Shown piece by piece: positions 57,842 to 64,000 of a DNA stretch of 64,000 nt; position 1 is the first letter of the stretch, and each line of letters begins with the position of its first letter. The DNA is from a candidate division WOR-1 bacterium RIFOXYB2_FULL_42_35 (GTDB taxonomy: Bacteria; Margulisbacteria; WOR-1; O2-12-FULL-45-9): positions 2,379-66,378 of the forward strand of contig MEUC01000005.1 of assembly GCA_001771545.1 (NCBI GenBank). The letters are read 5' to 3'. A model generated the notes under the pieces. The model did not search any database. It saw only the letters and a list, made by a program, of their open reading frames with translations, and was not told where the DNA came from. Made by a program: the position numbers and the translations under genes.

Positions 57842-59244
57842 TCTTTAACATTAGAAACAATATCAACATTTTCCAACCAAGAAATTTCTTTCACAAAATA
57901 ATGACTATCAAGGGCATTTCTGATTGTTGGAATCTTGTCGAAATCAAACCCCATTATAAAGCTGGCAACAGCATCTAAAATAGCTGCGTTCCCTCCCCCC
58001 AACAATAAACCTGCTTTGCGAGGCACAGGTTCCAACGGACCATTCCCTTCGCCAGCCCAGATACCATCAATAATAGACAGATATTTTCTCTGGGGGTTTT
58101 CTTTTATTTCCCCTTTATTATCAGAAAATCTTAGAATCAAATTCAAATCCAGCGTAGTTCTCCAAATCGTATCATTGCCATACCAAGCCCCATCACGGTT
58201 AATTGTAAAAGCAAAAGATTTCTTCTTAAATCTGTTTTTAGTTTTTCTGATAAAAAATCGAAAAGGGACATATAAGTATTTAAGCAAAAATTGACCAAAT
58301 TTAACCCTGCTAAACAGATCTATTAAATATTGACCAAGTTTATAATCAACTCCTAACTCATCCCCAAACATATCCCCTCCATTTGCAGGAGAACCTATCC
58401 GATGATGAGGCAACCCTCTCTTCTCATTAGTTATGCCTACCATATTTTTAAGGCCCAAAGTAATCCCTGCCTTACAATGAGTTTTTAATTTGGACACACT
58501 AATAATCACATCACTTTTTAACAATGTCTTAGGGATCGAATAGATATGCTTCCCAGGCTGATGAAACTTTGGCACAAAGTTTTCATAAACCCCAGCCGTG
58601 CTTCTATATCTATTACAATGCTTATCGACAGGAGCTAAAAAACTTTTCTTTTTTAAATCTACCAACTGATAACCCAAAAAATCCCCCTGTTGCTTTCTTG
58701 AAGCAATAATTACATCGTTTTCATCTCTGAGCGCCACGAGGTCCCTAAAATCTACAGTTTCAAATTCAATTCCCGTATTATTTGAATAAAAATCTCTAAT
58801 CTTATCCAAGCCAGTAAACTCAATTAACTTAGCAAAATCCACTTCCTTGATTGGGGAATCAGCAATAATTATCCGCCCTCTCCCCTTTAAGGCAATATAA
58901 ACATAATCAACAATTGCCCTAATTAAAGATCCATGAGCAATTGTCGAAAACAAACCAATCTCACCCAAGGAATGTTCAAAAACAACCAAATTTGGTTTTA
59001 TTAACACTTGCTGTCCAGGTTGAATTAATGATCCTAAGGGGTTCCAGCCTTGTTGTCCATAATTTTCAATATCCAATTGTAACTTAGCCAAAAGTAGCCG
59101 AAACTCTTCATAACAAGAATTGTCCTGGTAAGCCCCGACATTCTTGAACGGGTACTCAGGAAACTCTTTTCCAGGATGAAAAGGCGGAACCTTAGCATAA
59201 TCCCCATCACATTTAATAATAGCAACCCTGTTTTCTATCGACAT
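57760..59244 (-). CDS. DUF362-domain protein (second copy)
   Basis: QVLIKPNLV...HGSLIRAIVDYV...IIIADS, a DUF362-type core; 494 aa. Confidence 0.55.
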   Translation of the reverse strand: MSIENRVAIIKCDGDYAKVPPFHPGKEFPEYPFKNVGAYQDNSCYEEFRLLLAKLQLDIENYGQQGWNPLGSLIQPGQQVLIKPNLVVFEHSLGEIGLFSTIAHGSLIRAIVDYVYIALKGRGRIIIADSPIKEVDFAKLIEFTGLDKIRDFYSNNTGIEFETVDFRDLVALRDENDVIIASRKQQGDFLGYQLVDLKKKSFLAPVDKHCNRYRSTAGVYENFVPKFHQPGKHIYSIPKTLLKSDVIISVSKLKTHCKAGITLGLKNMVGITNEKRGLPHHRIGSPANGGDMFGDELGVDYKLGQYLIDLFSRVKFGQFLLKYLYVPFRFFIRKTKNRFKKKSFAFTINRDGAWYGNDTIWRTTLDLNLILRFSDNKGEIKENPQRKYLSIIDGIWAGEGNGPLEPVPRKAGLLLGGGNAAILDAVASFIMGFDFDKIPTIRNALDSHYFVKEISWLENVDIVSNVKEWENRGYQQLENLRFVPADGWRGHIER

Positions 59245-59326
59245 AAGTAATAGCCCCCCTTAGTATTTGGTATTTCTTTGATTAAATTTCACAAAACCTC
59301 TTGATTATTAAAATTATAAATGCCAA

Positions 59327-61246
59327 CTATGCCACACATACATTTTCCTTGGCTAATTTTTCAATCAGAGCCTTCATCCGATCAATACTTCCAGATCGAA
59401 GATCGTTAACATAATTATGCAAAAACACTTGTCTGCCCTTAGCCAATCTCTCCAAAACTTCCCCATCAGCTGACAATATTTTCCATAAAGCTGCCGCAAG
59501 TTCTTGTTTGTTTTGAACTTTTAAGGCTGCCCCATCCTGAACAAAAGGCATTGAAAAGACAGCCTTAAAATAATCAAGGGAAACAACAGGCTTACCAACA
59601 ACAATTCCATCAACTGCAGTGGTCGAGCCTAAAACAAGAAGACAATCTGCAGCTTTGATCAATTCCCACATATCACAATTCGACAACAAAATAGCATTAA
59701 CATTTTTTCCCTTAATCATTAGCTTGTATTTATTATGCAAATTCTGATCAGTCATGGGATGTAATTTTACAATCAAAACAACATCTGGCATATCCCCCAC
59801 AACATCTAGCAAGTCGGAAAGCAAATACATATGCCACGGATACACTGCCAATGGCGTGAAAATATGATGATCAGGGGGAGCATATAAAATAATTTTTTGA
59901 GTGGGGCTTATGCCTAAGCATTTCAATATCTCTTCCTTCTCTCCGCTTCTTGATAATACTCTATTTAGATCATCGTAAACCATTGAACCAACAGGCTGAC
60001 ATTTATTATGATTTTCTTTATTAAGCCTTTCAAACTCATCTTTTTCTTTATGCCCCCAGGTTGCGTAAAAATCAACATGGATCATATCTGAGGAGATTTT
60101 TGAACTATTCATTATCCCATGTTGCAAAGCCAGGGAGGGAATGTCTTTCTTGCGCGCCAGATCAATTAAAATCCTCTGCTGGGTATCAACATAACTGGCT
60201 AAAACTATCACCTGGGGACTAGAAACATTTAACAAACTGTCTATCTGTTGGATTTGCTTTTTCAAAGAAACAAACCTGTTTAACATTATGTTTGCAAACA
60301 TCACCAAGACATATTTCCCCCAATTTATTCCAACAAAACAAAACTGGTCAGCAGAGACAATTTGAGATTTTACCTGCCGCCAAAGGGATTGATAGACCTG
60401 CTGCGCCACAGAGTCGTTCACTTTTGTATACCGCCGCAAACTGCAGGGCTTCAAGTTAGTGTCCCAATATTTTAAGCGTGTTTTGTAATCAAGAGGAGAA
60501 ACAGTCACCAAAACATTATAGTGAAAATTGTTTTTCAAATTTTCCAGCAGAGAAAGAGAAATCCTATGTTCTTCAACTAAAAGAGAGATACTGTCAGCCT
60601 GTTTTCTTCTAACGAGAGCTTCCCAAACGGTGCGCCCATAATCAATTAATCTGCATAATAAATATAAAGACAGTTTTTTGACTTTATCAGGCCAGCTTGT
60701 TATAAAACTCTGCTTGGGAAGTGGTAATAGCAACATTTCTCCCACAACACAACTAATTTGCTGAACACCACAAACATCTTGAAAAAGCTCAACATCCCGT
60801 GCCGTTAAAAGCAAACCAAAAACACTCTGGTAGCTTTTAGTTATCTGCCTAAAAACCACTAAATCCCTGATTAAACCAACAATCTCTAGAATTACTTCCA
60901 ACTCAAGAACCACCCCCATATTCACACCCATAACAGTGAATTGGTCAGTAAATTCGACAAACGGAGGCCGTTTAAACCAGTTTCTGGCAAAATCATAACA
61001 ATAGTTATGGGCTTTCAGCAGCTCCTGGGTATCTACACAAGCAGTATAAAAATTAAACTCTAAATCAAAATTCTTATTGTCTTTGTATTTATCTTCAAGA
61101 TATTTCAACAACAAGTGGTCGCAACAAACAATTTTGAAAGGAACCCCAACACTCAAAACCTTACCAAGTTCAGCCTCAACTTGAGCAGCATAATCTGTCG
61201 TTATATTAGGACCAATAAATATTAATTTTCTTCTATTGGTTAACAT
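59327..61246 (-). CDS. CDP-glycerol glycerophosphotransferase (TagF/TagB)-family protein
   Basis: C-terminal domain with IVKLHPMTDQ (KxHP motif). N-terminal ~300 aa unassigned. Confidence 0.5.
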   Translation of the reverse strand: MLTNRRKLIFIGPNITTDYAAQVEAELGKVLSVGVPFKIVCCDHLLLKYLEDKYKDNKNFDLEFNFYTACVDTQELLKAHNYCYDFARNWFKRPPFVEFTDQFTVMGVNMGVVLELEVILEIVGLIRDLVVFRQITKSYQSVFGLLLTARDVELFQDVCGVQQISCVVGEMLLLPLPKQSFITSWPDKVKKLSLYLLCRLIDYGRTVWEALVRRKQADSISLLVEEHRISLSLLENLKNNFHYNVLVTVSPLDYKTRLKYWDTNLKPCSLRRYTKVNDSVAQQVYQSLWRQVKSQIVSADQFCFVGINWGKYVLVMFANIMLNRFVSLKKQIQQIDSLLNVSSPQVIVLASYVDTQQRILIDLARKKDIPSLALQHGIMNSSKISSDMIHVDFYATWGHKEKDEFERLNKENHNKCQPVGSMVYDDLNRVLSRSGEKEEILKCLGISPTQKIILYAPPDHHIFTPLAVYPWHMYLLSDLLDVVGDMPDVVLIVKLHPMTDQNLHNKYKLMIKGKNVNAILLSNCDMWELIKAADCLLVLGSTTAVDGIVVGKPVVSLDYFKAVFSMPFVQDGAALKVQNKQELAAALWKILSADGEVLERLAKGRQVFLHNYVNDLRSGSIDRMKALIEKLAKENVCVA

Positions 61247-61260
61247 ACTTAACTGTTATC

Positions 61261-62730
61261 CTATGCCCCTTTCCCATTCTTTCGAAACATCACAATTAAG
61301 TTAAGCCCAATCTGCTCAGCTCTTTTAATAAAAACAACAACCAGGGGGGAAATAATTAAACTAAAAAACAATAGCTTTGAAGCAATTTGACTCCCCAAGG
61401 TAAGAAAAACCAGCTGTGGCAAAAGTAAATTATAAAAACCGACAACCATTATTACCACGTAAATCAAAGGAAAATAGATTTGATAAAGATAAAACAGCGA
61501 ACCGGAAAAAGACTTTTTCAAATACCACAAAGTAAAACCAGCATTAATGACTTTATAAGTAATAAAAGCCACGGCCGTCCCTATCGCCACACCAACTATA
61601 CCCCAACCCATTAGTATTAATAGCCAGCTAACCAACAAATTAATGGTGATCGCCAAAACCTGAATCGAGAGGTAAATAAACTGGCGGTTAATGGTGTTAA
61701 AGATATTAGCAGTCATCACACAAACCCCAATCATTAATATCAGGGCCGAAGAAACACCATTTTGATACTGCGGCAAAATAAGCTTAACTATATCACCTAA
61801 AAACATCAGTCCACCTCCCAACATAACAGCCATAATAATTGATAATAAAAGTTGTGGCTGAAGTGCATGTCGCTCCAAAGACTCGAAGGAATTATGTTTA
61901 CCATATTGCTCGTTTAACCGTGGGTAGATCACATTGCCAATGGAGGAAGGGATCATTTGCATAAAACCAACTACCATCAAACCAAGGCCATAATAGCCCA
62001 ATTGGGTTAAATCTAAAAATTTTAAAATCAAAACACGATCAACAGTAGTCAAAATTAAAAAGGCAAAACCAACCAACATTATAGGGAAACCAACCTTAAT
62101 CAAACCCCAAATTTGTTTAAGGGAATATTCCCAGTGAAATCTAAGCTTGGAAAAAAACAAGGTTAAACAAACCATAATTACCTGAAAACACAACAAAGCC
62201 CACAAATGGCCGTAGATTTGAAACTTGATCACTAAAATAATATCAATAACAAAAAATATTATTGATCCGGTAATCGTTAATATAGAGACTAACACAAAGC
62301 GCTTATAGGATTCCAAGACACGAAACAAAAGAGCATAAATCATACCAACAAAAACAGTCATACTAGATATCCTTAGGGCAAAAGCTAGCAATGTATCATG
62401 AGCGAAAAAAGAATAAATAAAAATCCCCAGAGAAACCAATAATGGCAAGGTAAACATTTGGCTAAAGGCCAGGTTTTTAATCTGTTCAGCTTTCTTTTCC
62501 TCTCCCTTGCCTATATACAAAGGAATATCCCTTGACATGCCATTTTGCGTACCCAGAGTAGAAAACTGATGATACTGTTGGATTAATTCTACTGCCTTCC
62601 AAAAACCAAAATTAGTGGGGCCCAAAAAACGGGCAACAATAATTCCCCGAACAAAACTAAAAACAAAAGAAAAAATCGAGCTAAAATAAACACTCAACGC
62701 ATCAATAACTGTAGCTTTTTTTTCACTCAT
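61261..62730 (-). CDS. Polysaccharide flippase (Wzx, MOP superfamily)
   Basis: 489 aa with ~12-14 TM helices; Wzx-like N-terminus (FSFVRGIIVARFLGPTNFG). Confidence 0.7.
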   Translation of the reverse strand: MSEKKATVIDALSVYFSSIFSFVFSFVRGIIVARFLGPTNFGFWKAVELIQQYHQFSTLGTQNGMSRDIPLYIGKGEEKKAEQIKNLAFSQMFTLPLLVSLGIFIYSFFAHDTLLAFALRISSMTVFVGMIYALLFRVLESYKRFVLVSILTITGSIIFFVIDIILVIKFQIYGHLWALLCFQVIMVCLTLFFSKLRFHWEYSLKQIWGLIKVGFPIMLVGFAFLILTTVDRVLILKFLDLTQLGYYGLGLMVVGFMQMIPSSIGNVIYPRLNEQYGKHNSFESLERHALQPQLLLSIIMAVMLGGGLMFLGDIVKLILPQYQNGVSSALILMIGVCVMTANIFNTINRQFIYLSIQVLAITINLLVSWLLILMGWGIVGVAIGTAVAFITYKVINAGFTLWYLKKSFSGSLFYLYQIYFPLIYVVIMVVGFYNLLLPQLVFLTLGSQIASKLLFFSLIISPLVVVFIKRAEQIGLNLIVMFRKNGKGA

Positions 62731-63998
62731 TTTTTAAGGTTCCCAACTGGCCTAAGAATATATTTAGAGATAATTCTCTGCTCTTTATCGTTTTCTACAA
62801 ATGTCTCATCCAATTCCTGGGCCGAGTACTGCAAACGCAGAAAATACTGGTCCCCACCCATAGGAACATAATAAACAGAAGGAATTAAGGCTGACTCGGA
62901 CTGATCGTGACTGATCAACAACTGCTTCTGTCTATCACCAACAACAACCAAGCCCTGGGTTGCGCCTAAACCATGTTTAGCTGATATTAGAGCAGATAAG
63001 CTTTGCGCATGATTGATTAGTTGATCTTCAAGCGGAAAAACTTCTAGTTCATTTCCGCCATTATGAGTAGCAAAGAAAACACTCTCTCGCTCAAAACCAG
63101 TAGGCAAGAAAGTTAAATTAAGGGGATGAATAATTCTTCGTTTTCTTCCTTGCAACAAAACTAACTCTGTATTAATTTTCAACTCTTCAGTATCTGCACA
63201 ATATTGATATTCTTTCTTAATTATTCCCCCATTAAAATCATGAGAAAAGCTGATTCGGAGCACTTGATTAGTTTCCTGAACAATAAGAGGCTGGCAACAA
63301 ACCAAATCAGTAATCTTATGCTGGCCTTCTTTCTCAATAATCAAATGGCCAGAGAAGAAATCAGCCCCAAAGGAGATATCATCATAATATCCATGGGGCA
63401 AGGTTCCTAATAATGGTTTTGAGAAAACATTCTTAAACCAAAGTTTATCGATTGCTAACCCCTTTAATTTATTAAAAATACATTTAATTGTTTTCGATTC
63501 AACAATCAACCAACGGTCATCCTCATGATATTGAAAAGCAGCCTTGTCCATCTGTTTAACAGACAGAATTTGTGTCGCCAAAGATAAAGGCCTTGGCTTA
63601 ACTACTTTTTTGTAGCAACAATCTAACCTCTCTTGATACTTCTGCCATCTTTTTTCCCCAATATGCGTCCTAAAATCACTTGACCATAAATAGCAAAGTT
63701 CTTGCCAGTCTTGGGCGGTAGTATTTTTCAGCCGTTCTAATGTTGCATAGATCTCAAAACATTTGGTATTAATTTCCAAATCTGCTCGCCCTGTTAATGC
63801 CCAGCGATTGATATTGTATTTTTCCTGTTTTTTAACCGGGATAGGCTGCTGGGCAGATTCAAGTCGGATTACATTGCCAGCAAATTCATGTCCCAAAGAA
63901 AACAAAATTTGCGATGGTAAAACCAAGCTAAAATTACTATCAGCTCCCAACTTTTCAAACAAAGCAAAAATACGCTGCCATTCTTTTTTCGTTCCCAA
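62727..63998 (-). CDS. Hypothetical protein (the gene's 5' part lies beyond the window end)
   Basis: Open frame runs to the window edge. No recognised motif. First gene of the minus-strand polysaccharide gene series within the window. Confidence 0.4.
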   Translation of the reverse strand: MGTKKEWQRIFALFEKLGADSNFSLVLPSQILFSLGHEFAGNVIRLESAQQPIPVKKQEKYNINRWALTGRADLEINTKCFEIYATLERLKNTTAQDWQELCYLWSSDFRTHIGEKRWQKYQERLDCCYKKVVKPRPLSLATQILSVKQMDKAAFQYHEDDRWLIVESKTIKCIFNKLKGLAIDKLWFKNVFSKPLLGTLPHGYYDDISFGADFFSGHLIIEKEGQHKITDLVCCQPLIVQETNQVLRISFSHDFNGGIIKKEYQYCADTEELKINTELVLLQGRKRRIIHPLNLTFLPTGFERESVFFATHNGGNELEVFPLEDQLINHAQSLSALISAKHGLGATQGLVVVGDRQKQLLISHDQSESALIPSVYYVPMGGDQYFLRLQYSAQELDETFVENDKEQRIISKYILRPVGNLKK

Positions 63999-64000
63999 CA

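Noticed and set aside
1-64000. rRNA genes, CRISPR arrays, transposase or integrase genes
   Set aside because: None detected. No long direct-repeat arrays, no DDE, HUH or tyrosine-recombinase-like ORFs in the six-frame track. The only RNA gene found is tRNA-Glu.

Overview
This 64 kb window comes from a low-GC (~40%) bacterium that mostly uses GGAGG-type ribosome-binding sites. The gene content (ADP-heptose epimerase, Wza/Wzz/Wzx/Wzy, beta-rich secreted proteins) points to a diderm lineage. About 55 genes are recognisable: a secreted L,D-transpeptidase-like protein (partial), an LhgO-like FAD oxidoreductase, two sugar epimerases including hldD, deoxyhypusine synthase, a decayed CPA2 antiporter pseudogene, carB and carA, a UPF0182 membrane protein, a DUF2892 protein, an MFS transporter, a nine-gene Mbh-type split Mrp antiporter module, a LOG-family protein, a B12-binding radical SAM protein, a two-component histidine kinase and receiver, tRNA-Glu(CTC), and a trehalose locus with otsA, otsB, an unknown gene and a TreT-like gene. 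From about 32.6 kb to the window end lies a large Wzx/Wzy-dependent surface-polysaccharide locus, all on the minus strand: Wza-like exporter, Wzz, six GT4 glycosyltransferases, an O-antigen ligase/polymerase, DegT aminotransferase, a second B12-radical SAM protein, an AsnB-like protein, two DUF362 proteins, a TagF-like protein and a Wzx flippase. Two accessory insertions stand out. First, carA and carB are split by about 1.2 kb carrying a TIR-domain/winged-helix gene and a four-helix-bundle (Avd/23S IVS-protein family) gene. These are bounded by four copies of a 25-32 nt repeat, each paired with a different GC hairpin that keeps its stem pairing; one copy sits in-frame inside the carA linker. 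Second, the polysaccharide operon is interrupted by four toxin-antitoxin-type cassettes in tandem (orphan MNT, MntA/HepT, DUF4258/DUF2283, AbiEi/AbiEii). Each is separated from the next by a decayed copy of the 3' coding end of the upstream DUF362 gene (...LLHKIMYTFRKKPVE*), the pattern left by serial site-specific integration at a gene's 3' end. Smaller observations include G/C homopolymer tracts in wzz, UPF0182 and upstream of the DHS gene, a heptanucleotide repeat in an inter-domain linker, and several terminators and promoters. CDS coordinates follow the ORF track; some boundaries may be off by 1 nt.
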